IMG/VR virus record: IMGVR_UViG_3300045971_000431
Span: 23,756 to 87,755 of that record
Source: a virus
Reading direction: 5' to 3' (one strand)
Length of the DNA: 64,000 bases
Positions 1-7,857 of the stretch are shown one piece after another. Both the position numbers and the translations under genes were made by a program. The stretch's first letter is position 1. Each line of letters begins with the position of its first letter. The notes below the pieces were generated by a model that searched no databases, was not told where the DNA came from, and was given only the letters and a program-made list of their open reading frames with translations.

Positions 1-289
1 TCACAGCCTTCTGGAACTCGCCTGACAGATAGCCTGCGGCGCCAGCTGAAGTGATCGTCATAGTGACCACTGCAGCAATCAACCCGTACCCTCGCATCGT
101 GTACCCAAGCCGGGTCCAATGCTTGTAGAGCAGGGTGACGACCACCAACTTTCCCACATCCAATGCCACCGCCAGCGCGATGATGATTGGGTTGGCACCA
201 AACAGGGCCGAGAGACCGATCACCGAAACAACGGTGCCGATCGCCTCGATCGAGAATGCTGCGAGGAAAGTTAGTAGTGCGAGGATCAT
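1..289 (-). CDS. Conserved large-phage membrane protein (partial, runs off window)
   Basis: Hand-translated ORF MILALLTFLAAFSIEAIG...ALDVGKLVVV...ITSAGAAGYLSGEFQK; several hydrophobic helices; start overlaps the GroES stop. Confidence 0.7.
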   Translation of the reverse strand, partial: MILALLTFLAAFSIEAIGTVVSVIGLSALFGANPIIIALAVALDVGKLVVVTLLYKHWTRLGYTMRGYGLIAAVVTMTITSAGAAGYLSGEFQKAV

Positions 290-621
290 AGGGACTGGGG
301 TTGGCAGGACGCGAAGTCGTTGGTGACGGCCATGATCTTGGAGTCATCCGTCTTCCACAGCTTCTCGCCTTCGAACTTGATGCCTTCCATCCACATCAGT
401 GCTTCGACGAGGATGTAGTCGCCTGGGTTCAGGCCAGCTTCAGCAGCCTTTGGACCAACCGAGACCACTTGACCCCAACGTGCCACCTTCTGGGCAGTCA
501 CAGTCGATGGGATGATGATGCCAGATGCACGTACGCGTTCAGCGAAGCGGCCCTTGGAGCCGCTCGTCTCTTCGACGAACTTGAACATGACGACGTTATT
601 CAGCGGGCGGAGTGTGGACAT
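286..621 (-). CDS. groES: Co-chaperonin GroES-like (functional analogue of T4 gp31)
   Basis: LRPLNNVV...SGIIIP...GQVVSVGP...GDYIL...IMAV Cpn10 motifs. Confidence 0.85.
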   Translation of the reverse strand: MSTLRPLNNVVMFKFVEETSGSKGRFAERVRASGIIIPSTVTAQKVARWGQVVSVGPKAAEAGLNPGDYILVEALMWMEGIKFEGEKLWKTDDSKIMAVTNDFASCQPQSL

Positions 622-835
622 TGGAAGCCTCTGGTTGTTTACTGAAGATCGACCGCAGCGCGGCTGTCAGCTTCAGTTCGTTGATGATTGTCTTTTCCTC
701 GTCCGTCAGATAATTCCAGGCGTCAGAGGAAACGTATGCTTCAGTGATTGGAACAGGCTGGCCGCGCTGTTTGCGAATGCATGGGCAATCGCCAGGCGGA
801 CCCATGCAGGCGCACAAGCTCATCTCAGAGCTCAC
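596..835 (-). CDS. Hypothetical protein with N-terminal Cys cluster
   Basis: CACMGPPGDCPC; overlaps neighbours in operon fashion. Confidence 0.6.
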   Translation of the reverse strand: MSSEMSLCACMGPPGDCPCIRKQRGQPVPITEAYVSSDAWNYLTDEEKTIINELKLTAALRSIFSKQPEASNVHTPPAE

Positions 836-1071
836 TTCTTCTTGATCTGCTTGCCAGTGGAAGCAGACGTCTTGGCAGCCTCAGTTGACACAGCGAAGAT
901 GTCCATGTTCAGGTCAGGGACAACATCGGTCTTGACGCCGTCCTTGAGATCGATTGCGACCTTGCGTTGCTCAACAGCCTTTGGGACTGGGGCTGAAGCA
1001 AGTTGGGCCTTGATTGCCAGAAGCTCGAAGTCGACGACTTCGCCTCGAGCGCTGCGGGTGGTACGAGCCAT
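832..1071 (-). CDS. Hypothetical protein (late-expressed)
   Basis: SARGEVVDFELL; SD GGAG; TATAAATA upstream. Confidence 0.7.
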   Translation of the reverse strand: MARTTRSARGEVVDFELLAIKAQLASAPVPKAVEQRKVAIDLKDGVKTDVVPDLNMDIFAVSTEAAKTSASTGKQIKKK

Positions 1072-1113
1072 TGGTTAAGTCTCCGGGGTGTAGTGCCCTA
1101 TACGGCACGCTCG

Positions 1114-1121
1114 TATTTATA
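1114..1121 (-). promoter_or_regulatory. T4-type late promoter TATAAATA
   Basis: Perfect octamer, intergenic, upstream of the 832..1071/groES operon. Confidence 0.8.
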
Positions 1122-1142
1122 CTTGCCCGCTCATGAGCGGGG

Positions 1143-1616
1143 TCACACAAACTGGTTGGTGACGTTCTCGACGTTGTCAGGGAAGTAGAAGACTTCGGCG
1201 TCGTCGAAGACCCGGCAAAAGCGGGTGTACTCGTAGCGATACATCTCCTCGACGGGCTGGCCGAGAATGCGCCCGCAGAGCAGGTCGTACCAGCGGTCGG
1301 CCAGAAGTTCGCCATCCAGGTCATCATCGTCATCGACTTCTTCGCGTTCCTGCATGAACAGCTGGGTCAGATCCCACGATGGGTGGTACTTCTCGATCAG
1401 GTTTTCGATCAGGTCGATCAGTTGGTCAGGAGTTGTGCCGCCGTTGCCGAGACCCTGCACTTCGCTGTTCTTCGACACGAATGCGCCAGCCAACGCCAGC
1501 AAGAACTTCACGTCATCAGAATTCTGGATGCCAGACCAGATGGTGGTCAGACGAGCATCGGCGTCGTTTTCCCAGGTGTTGAAGTGGATCTGGTAGCCAG
1601 CGAGAATGTCAGTCAT
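1143..1616 (-). CDS. Acidic hypothetical protein
   Basis: 157 aa; SD GAGGAG. Confidence 0.7.
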   Translation of the reverse strand: MTDILAGYQIHFNTWENDADARLTTIWSGIQNSDDVKFLLALAGAFVSKNSEVQGLGNGGTTPDQLIDLIENLIEKYHPSWDLTQLFMQEREEVDDDDDLDGELLADRWYDLLCGRILGQPVEEMYRYEYTRFCRVFDDAEVFYFPDNVENVTNQFV

Positions 1617-1625
1617 GGGATCTCC

Positions 1626-2180
1626 TCAATCGTGGAAGAATTCTTCCATTGGAACGTCGTATTTGATGCAGTCCACTGCGTGTAGACCGAGAATGAACAA
1701 CAGGTAGCAAGCACACGACGACCCGCGGCCAACTCCCCAAACAACGCCCTTCTCGCGAAAGACGTCTAGCACGTAGATGATGGTCTTCATGAACAAGCCC
1801 ATCCCACGACGCTGGATCTCAACGTACTCCATCTCCATGCGAGCGAGCGCATGGTTTTCTTCTGTCACGTTGTACTGCAGATCTCGCTCGCGATCGGCGT
1901 AGGCATCTGCGAAGCGTGTCCACAGATCCATTTTCAGGTACTCGTCAGGCATCTTCCAACGGAAGTCGAGGTTGATGGGTTCCTCGACTGCTGGCTTGAT
2001 CTCGTCTTCAGCTGCCACGTTGGCGTTGAACTGCGACAACTCCCAGGTGTCGCCAGTCACACGCAGCTGAGCAGGATGGATGCCACTCAGAAGGCAGTGT
2101 GCAACCATCTCAGCGTCGATGATCGAGACCCCGTCGAAACGGAGGATTCGACCATCGAGGGAGGTGCTAAGCCGCTTCAT
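1626..2180 (-). CDS. DNA polymerase III alpha (DnaE)-like fragment
   Basis: VWGVGRGSSCACYLLFILGLHAVDCIKYDVPMEEFF matches the DnaE GxGRGS...LGIT.VDP..Y.L.FERF block; start placed at the MKRL ATG. Confidence 0.8.
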   Translation of the reverse strand: MKRLSTSLDGRILRFDGVSIIDAEMVAHCLLSGIHPAQLRVTGDTWELSQFNANVAAEDEIKPAVEEPINLDFRWKMPDEYLKMDLWTRFADAYADRERDLQYNVTEENHALARMEMEYVEIQRRGMGLFMKTIIYVLDVFREKGVVWGVGRGSSCACYLLFILGLHAVDCIKYDVPMEEFFHD

Positions 2181-2460
2181 GCAACGTCTTGGCCGCCAGC
2201 CGCTCGCTGCGTTCAATGGCGGTCTCGCGTACCACACCTTCGGTGTACATGGCCGCCTTCATCAGCACGGTCATGGGCACGTCGGTGTACGGGTGCTCGC
2301 AGTAGAACTGCACATCGCCCCAGTTCCCGGTGCGCAGGAACGTGCGGAACGATTCGAGATGTGACTCGAGCGACGGGTCGAAGAAGGTGCGGTTGGCGCC
2401 CGAACGACGAAGCGTCGTGGACAAGTTCAGACAGTCGGGAATGTCAGTGAAGTCGGGCAT
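2167..2460 (-). CDS. Hypothetical protein
   Basis: 97 aa; SD GAGG. Confidence 0.65.
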   Translation of the reverse strand: MPDFTDIPDCLNLSTTLRRSGANRTFFDPSLESHLESFRTFLRTGNWGDVQFYCEHPYTDVPMTVLMKAAMYTEGVVRETAIERSERLAAKTLHEAA

Positions 2461-2478
2461 GGTGTCCTCTGTGGTTGA

Positions 2479-2748
2479 TCAGTCGCGAATGAGCATCTTG
2501 TAGATGTGGCGGAAGGCCAAGACCGAACCGAGTTGGTTCTCGTTCGGCTCGGCGACGATGACGCGGGTGATGGGTGAACCGTGGCCGCAGTCGTCGTCTT
2601 CGACGATTTGCCCCTCGAGCGAGAGGTACGCGTCGTACGGAATGCCGACAGATTGGTAGACCTTCTTGCGCAGCGCCTCGAGCATCTCACCAGCGTCAAT
2701 GTCAACTTCGACTTGACGATGGGTGACTTCGGTTCCCTTGATTCTCAT
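2479..2748 (-). CDS. Hypothetical protein
   Basis: Start re-placed at MRIKG, ATGA-coupled to the dCMP deaminase stop. Confidence 0.65.
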   Translation of the reverse strand: MRIKGTEVTHRQVEVDIDAGEMLEALRKKVYQSVGIPYDAYLSLEGQIVEDDDCGHGSPITRVIVAEPNENQLGSVLAFRHIYKMLIRD

Positions 2749-3206
2749 GACGTTGCCTTCAGTTGTTCGGTTGGAATTCCGAGTCGTTCGAGCATTTGGA
2801 TTCCGTCGAGAAGACGGTACTGACGCCTGAACACGACGCGCTTGATGCCGCACTGCTTCGCAAGTTTGGCACACTCGGGGCAAGGCGAATCCGTGGTGTA
2901 AAGCGTACCACCACTCGCTCGGCCATGGCCGTCTCGGGCGATCTTGGTGAGGGCGTTCGACTCGGCATGGAGAAGTTCAGGCTTCGTGAGGAGGTTCCCA
3001 TCGGGACCCCAAATTTCACAGACGTCGTCATCCCAGCCGTGTGGCATTCCGTTGTACCCGTCGGAGATGATCTGGGTTCCGACGACCACAAGGGCGCCGA
3101 CCTGTAGTCGGTTCGCCTTAGATCGCTTGGCCCAGACTTCGGCCATTTGCATGTAGGCTTCATCGAGTTCGATGCGGTTGGGATTGACTGTGATTGATGG
3201 CTGCAT
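2745..3206 (-). CDS. dCMP deaminase
   Basis: VGALVV, GYNG, HAESNA and PCPEC zinc-deaminase motifs. Confidence 0.93.
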   Translation of the reverse strand: MQPSITVNPNRIELDEAYMQMAEVWAKRSKANRLQVGALVVVGTQIISDGYNGMPHGWDDDVCEIWGPDGNLLTKPELLHAESNALTKIARDGHGRASGGTLYTTDSPCPECAKLAKQCGIKRVVFRRQYRLLDGIQMLERLGIPTEQLKATS

Positions 3207-3217
3207 GAGCCATTGTA

Positions 3218-3868
3218 TCACAGTTCCTCGAAGTAGAGACCGCGGCCGGTCAGGATGGCGATCTTTTGGTCAGGAGCGACCCACTTAATGGTGCCTTGGA
3301 CGTTCAGGCGGATGCCCTCTTCCAAGCACTTACGAGCGACGTCCAGAACCTTCTTGGAGGTGGTGTTGACCTGGAAGGGACGGCCGTAGTGAGCGGTGAG
3401 CTTCACCTTCCAGAAGATGCCGTAGTCGTTCGAGCGTTGTTCGATGCTGACGATGCGGGCCAGGAATGCGACCTTCTGACCTTCTTCGATGTGCGGCCAG
3501 ACGGCGACTTGGGCGGCGGTTTCCAGCTGCTTGTCGTACTGCTTGACGACGATGGCGATCTGAGCGGGAGAGAGAAGACCGCGGTTCTTGAGCTGGGTGG
3601 CCAGGCTCTCGATGAACTCGTTGTCGTATTGGTCGTGAGCGCTGCCGTCGATGTTGTCGTACGTGGTGCGCGACGGCTTCAAGATGGCAGCGATGGCAGC
3701 CTTGACGTGGTCCGTCAGGCTGGCCTCGAAGGCTTGGCGAGCGGCCAGACGTTCGGCTTCCCATTGTTGTTGACGCGCCTTGTAGGCGGCTTCCCGTGCT
3801 ACGATCTTCGCGGCCTTACGGTCGATGTCACGTTGTGCACGTTCTTCGGGGGTAAGTTTCTTTGCCAT
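3218..3868 (-). CDS. Hypothetical protein, N-terminal coiled coil, possible C-terminal OB fold
   Basis: Start at MAKKL, 6 nt after TATAAT. Confidence 0.7.
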   Translation of the reverse strand: MAKKLTPEERAQRDIDRKAAKIVAREAAYKARQQQWEAERLAARQAFEASLTDHVKAAIAAILKPSRTTYDNIDGSAHDQYDNEFIESLATQLKNRGLLSPAQIAIVVKQYDKQLETAAQVAVWPHIEEGQKVAFLARIVSIEQRSNDYGIFWKVKLTAHYGRPFQVNTTSKKVLDVARKCLEEGIRLNVQGTIKWVAPDQKIAILTGRGLYFEEL

Positions 3869-3874
3869 GATGCT

Positions 3875-3880
3875 ATTATA
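3875..3880 (-). promoter_or_regulatory. Sigma70-type -10 box, probably leaderless
   Basis: TATAAT-N6-ATG; TGTACA 16 nt upstream. Confidence 0.65.
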
Positions 3881-3920
3881 CTCCAACCTGACTTCTTGTA
3901 CACATCTAGAGTGTAACAGT

Positions 3921-4319
3921 TCAATAGGCGTGTACCGCGTAGATGTGTGCAAGCACCGATCCTACCAGTATGTAGAGCAGAGGGATGTGGAAGACATGCC
4001 AATGGCCGAAAGCTTTCTGCCAAACAGTGCCAGGTTTGGCGCGCCGCAGCAGGAATCTACCAACCACCCCACTAGAAACAACGATGAGCATGCTGTAGTA
4101 CGCGGCCCCTCCATTGATCGACTGTGGGTGAAGCTTTGCGTGAGCCAAAACGGTGAAGGTACACAAACAACCGACAATGATGTGCACTCTAAACCAATGC
4201 CACATCGGGCCCAATCGATGAACACGTCGAAAGTATTTGCGGATAGGGTACGTGAACAAAACAAGCATCATGATGCCTGCTACTAACCCGGAGTAGTAGG
4301 TGAATTCGTAAGGTCTCAT
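3921..4319 (-). CDS. Ferric-reductase-like transmembrane protein (putative b-heme binding)
   Basis: Four TM segments; WFRVH...LAH and WHVFH...LAHI His pairs. Confidence 0.6.
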   Translation of the reverse strand: MRPYEFTYYSGLVAGIMMLVLFTYPIRKYFRRVHRLGPMWHWFRVHIIVGCLCTFTVLAHAKLHPQSINGGAAYYSMLIVVSSGVVGRFLLRRAKPGTVWQKAFGHWHVFHIPLLYILVGSVLAHIYAVHAY

Positions 4320-5257
4320 TGATTAGGGAAAGCAGCAGTAGGCGGAGTGAAGCCTGTAGTGTAACGCGCGATGCCATGAGTCCAGCGGAATCCATCAATG
4401 TACCCATTGATTGATGGATACCCTACTGATGGGCTTGGTGTACCGCCGATGTACAACGGCGACGTACCTGCACTGCTGGCCGAAGCAGTCGTGAACGTTG
4501 ACTTCGCAACGCCGTTCGCATAGAACGTGAATACGTTCCCGTTCCGAACCATCGCGAGGTGTTGCCATGCATTAAGCACGAGTACTGGCGGGTACAAGTA
4601 GAAGAACCCACCAGAGTTTCCAACGTATGCCTCGACGCTGCCATCACCGCCCTCGAGAAATTCTTGGTACGATGTGGGAGTGATACGTTGGAAGCTTTCA
4701 GCATTCATGGTGAATGCATTCAGGTACTGCCACCACTCGATGGTGAAGTTGCTAGACCCCAGGTCAAAGTCGGTGCTGTTCGGAACCATCACGTGGGAAC
4801 CGAGTGTGCCGAACTGCATCGATGTTCCGCCGAACTTCGATTGCGTTGAACTCAATTGCGCGCCACCGACCATTGAGATTGTGCGATGGTATCCAGAACT
4901 GTCGGTGGTAGTTGTTGCGCCATTAGCGCCATCACCCTGCAACAGAAGTCGAACGTTAGCGAAGTACGGATCTGTTGGTTGAGCAACGTAGTTGGGCTGA
5001 TAGAGACCCAACCCAATGGTGGCCACTGAGGTTCCTACCACACCATTGGGCGATGGCTTCAGACCGAGACCTGGTTGAACGAGTAGACCGCGTGCAACGT
5101 TCGGCTCAGCACTAAGCCCAAGCTGTGCAACAGTGGTGACTTTGGATCTGGCAGTGTTGGGGCTTTCTGACAGCGCAACAGGAAACGCTACAAGCTTACC
5201 TGTTGCGATGTGGGCATTTCGTACCGCCGCCAAAATGCCAGTAATGGCTGCATGCAT
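4316..5257 (-). CDS. LamG/concanavalin-A-like virion protein
   Basis: DPYFANVRLLL, SKFGG, DLGSSNFTIEWW, WQHLAMVRNG, GYIDGFRWT..ARY..FTPPT. Confidence 0.85.
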   Translation of the reverse strand: MHAAITGILAAVRNAHIATGKLVAFPVALSESPNTARSKVTTVAQLGLSAEPNVARGLLVQPGLGLKPSPNGVVGTSVATIGLGLYQPNYVAQPTDPYFANVRLLLQGDGANGATTTTDSSGYHRTISMVGGAQLSSTQSKFGGTSMQFGTLGSHVMVPNSTDFDLGSSNFTIEWWQYLNAFTMNAESFQRITPTSYQEFLEGGDGSVEAYVGNSGGFFYLYPPVLVLNAWQHLAMVRNGNVFTFYANGVAKSTFTTASASSAGTSPLYIGGTPSPSVGYPSINGYIDGFRWTHGIARYTTGFTPPTAAFPNQ

Positions 5258-5815
5258 TTAGTACACCCAAGACGTTGGGAATTGCAGTCGAATGTTCATG
5301 ACACGGTATTGCTCGCCGACGACAATGTTCGTTGAGACCATTTCAAGGTCTGCACCCGAGCCAGTGATGCCAACGGTCCCAATGATCTGGTGCGCAGGCG
5401 CAATAGTCTGATCACGTTGTCCTGAGCCCAATGTGTAGGGTACAACCCACCAGAACCATGTCGCTGTGCCTGCAACTGATGCGCTTGCATATTGGGTAGA
5501 GATGACTGCTGGATTCACGTTGACTTGGGATGTAACGAAATCACCGGCAGTTCCAGCAGTACCAGAACCAAACGTAACGAGAATGTCTGAGGCTCTTGCA
5601 TTGATGGTGGCTGTGGCAGTTGCAGAAGCAGGGATGACTCCCTTCATCAGATAGATTGTGCCAACGAAAGCACCGCTGTAACTAAAACCGCTGTGGAGTA
5701 GACCAGCACCTGCCACGCCAGTGGCGCCTGCTGTAGCTGGGCTTCCGTCAGCCAATCTGAAGATGCGCGGCATCATCGAGGTAACCCATCCGGAACTTAG
5801 TTCAATTGTTGCCAT
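5258..5815 (-). CDS. Virion structural protein (fibre-associated), paralog of 5825..6286
   Basis: IYLMKGVIP...GTATWF...IIGTVGITGSGADL. Confidence 0.65.
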   Translation of the reverse strand: MATIELSSGWVTSMMPRIFRLADGSPATAGATGVAGAGLLHSGFSYSGAFVGTIYLMKGVIPASATATATINARASDILVTFGSGTAGTAGDFVTSQVNVNPAVISTQYASASVAGTATWFWWVVPYTLGSGQRDQTIAPAHQIIGTVGITGSGADLEMVSTNIVVGEQYRVMNIRLQFPTSWVY

Positions 5816-5824
5816 GGTTGTTCC

Positions 5825-6286
5825 TTAGACCAGGGTAGCGCCAATGGATCCATCAAGGATCACATTCGAGACGCCAGCCGTGAAGCTGAGTGATGTGAAT
5901 CGGACAATGCCTTGACCAACTGAGTCTGATACCGGACCAACAATGAATGCTGTCGATGGCAGTGTTGACAGAGCGACGGTTGCAGCTAAGACGTTGGAGC
6001 TCCACACAATGCACCAAGTTCCAGTGCCGGTGTTTGTCGCATTGACGGTGGGTGGTACCGTCAATTGAAGTAGGATGCCATTAGACGGTTGCGTCCAAAC
6101 GGCACCAACATAATGCGCAAGGAATGATGCATTTGTGGATGCATAAGTTGGCCAGCTTGCAGCGATCTGCGCAGCTGTCGGTTGAACGCCGCTGTAGACG
6201 CTGATGGCGGAAGAAGCAGAGAATCCTGCTTGCAGGCCTCGACCGATAAAGAGGTTTCTAAGACTTGGGCTGAAGAGCATTGTCAT
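5825..6286 (-). CDS. Virion structural protein (fibre-associated)
   Basis: ISVYSGVQP...GTGTWC...IVGPVS. Confidence 0.65.
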   Translation of the reverse strand: MTMLFSPSLRNLFIGRGLQAGFSASSAISVYSGVQPTAAQIAASWPTYASTNASFLAHYVGAVWTQPSNGILLQLTVPPTVNATNTGTGTWCIVWSSNVLAATVALSTLPSTAFIVGPVSDSVGQGIVRFTSLSFTAGVSNVILDGSIGATLV

Positions 6287-6295
6287 ACATAGTCC

Positions 6296-7843
6296 TTATG
6301 CTGAGGCGAGGTTGCCTTCGAGATCCCACTCATTAGGACCGACCTTCATGAGCATGATCTTGCCATGCATCTTCGTGATTGTCAATGTCTCGGGAGTGTT
6401 GATGGTAACACCAGGTGCGCCAGCGATGATTACATTGCCGGCCCCATGCTTGCCGAACATGATGACACCACCCGGTGGCATTGGAGATGTAGAGGCCGTG
6501 TTGCTCCACCACTCTCCTGTTTGGGGGAATGCTGAATCAGCAAGCACGTGATAGGTGACGTTTGTCGTGGCTTTGCAGCGGTAAAGCGTGTTGTGATCAG
6601 CAGCTGATCCAACATCCGTGTTCACGCCAAGAGCAATGAGCGCATCGTCTAGGGTACTGATACCGATTGGCTTTGGGTTAGGCTGAGATGCCCATTGCGG
6701 TGGACTCACCGGACCCGTAGACATCAAGACCATACCTGCTTCGTCTACGCCTCCTTGACCAAACACAAACGAACCAACTGGATTGATACGGAGGTGACGA
6801 ATGCTACCAACGTAGAATTCAATTGCGCCTGACTGGGTGGGCTCAATTACCGAACCCTCACCGCTGAAGATCATATGTGCGCCAGCGGCAATACGAATAT
6901 CACCACCACGATTGGCCGTGTTAGCCGATGGGTGCACGCTACCACCGGTAATTTCAACACTGCCACCATCACCGTCTACTGCATAGCCGCCAACGATTCT
7001 AATGCCACCAGCATTGTAGATGCTATCTTGAGGAGCACCCCAAAGGTTGATACCTGCAGAACCTTGGCGAACTTCGATAAGGCTTGCACCCCATCCATCA
7101 GCACCGACCACACGTTCAGGGGCGGTTTCCAATTGGACATAGCTGCCTGGAATTGCAACTGGATTGAGAATTCCAAATTTCAAGATCGCTGTTGCTGGAT
7201 CGAAAGTGAAACGTGGTGATGATGTTGAACTCGTTCCCGTGCCAATGACAACTTCAGTTGCCGGATGTGCAGTCACTGATGGCAGTGGATAGAGGTGCAT
7301 GTCCCATTCAGTTGCGGACACTTGCGAAACTCGTGCATACTCTCCCTGCTTGATGAAGGCAGTGCCGCTCAGTGTGGTAAGAGTAACACCAGCGAATCCA
7401 ACGAGCTTAAGTGGTGCTGTTGCTGACAAGTTGACAACTTCAATGAAGCAGCCAGTTGGCCAGATTTGGCCCAAGTCACCAACTACAACATGGATCTCAT
7501 TCGATCCATATGAATTGATTCGCACCCGCGTCGTATGATCTGCTGGGGTAAGCGAATGCATGACATACGCAGGTGCTGTTGCGGTGATGAAGCCCGCCTT
7601 GATCTGTGAACGCTGCGTACCATTGAAGTCTGCAATCAGTGTGACTGTGAATGTCCCGGCCGTTGTGTATGTGTGGGTAGGATTCTGATCAATCGATGTG
7701 TTGCCGTCACCGAAATCCCAATTCCAACTTGATGGCGATGTAGGGCCGCCTGGACTTGAGAGGTCAGAGAATGTGACGACAAGCGGCAGCGTGCCCGTTA
7801 CCGGAGATGCTGTGAAATCAGCTGAGTAAATTACTGCTGGCAT
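6296..7843 (-). CDS. PKD-domain tail fibre/appendage protein
   Basis: PLVVTFSD...WNWDFGDG...QNPTHTYTTAGTFTVTL PKD signature; C-terminal LMKVGPNEWDLEGNL. Confidence 0.85.
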   Translation of the reverse strand: MPAVIYSADFTASPVTGTLPLVVTFSDLSSPGGPTSPSSWNWDFGDGNTSIDQNPTHTYTTAGTFTVTLIADFNGTQRSQIKAGFITATAPAYVMHSLTPADHTTRVRINSYGSNEIHVVVGDLGQIWPTGCFIEVVNLSATAPLKLVGFAGVTLTTLSGTAFIKQGEYARVSQVSATEWDMHLYPLPSVTAHPATEVVIGTGTSSTSSPRFTFDPATAILKFGILNPVAIPGSYVQLETAPERVVGADGWGASLIEVRQGSAGINLWGAPQDSIYNAGGIRIVGGYAVDGDGGSVEITGGSVHPSANTANRGGDIRIAAGAHMIFSGEGSVIEPTQSGAIEFYVGSIRHLRINPVGSFVFGQGGVDEAGMVLMSTGPVSPPQWASQPNPKPIGISTLDDALIALGVNTDVGSAADHNTLYRCKATTNVTYHVLADSAFPQTGEWWSNTASTSPMPPGGVIMFGKHGAGNVIIAGAPGVTINTPETLTITKMHGKIMLMKVGPNEWDLEGNLASA

Positions 7844-7857
7844 GTTCGTTCCTTATT

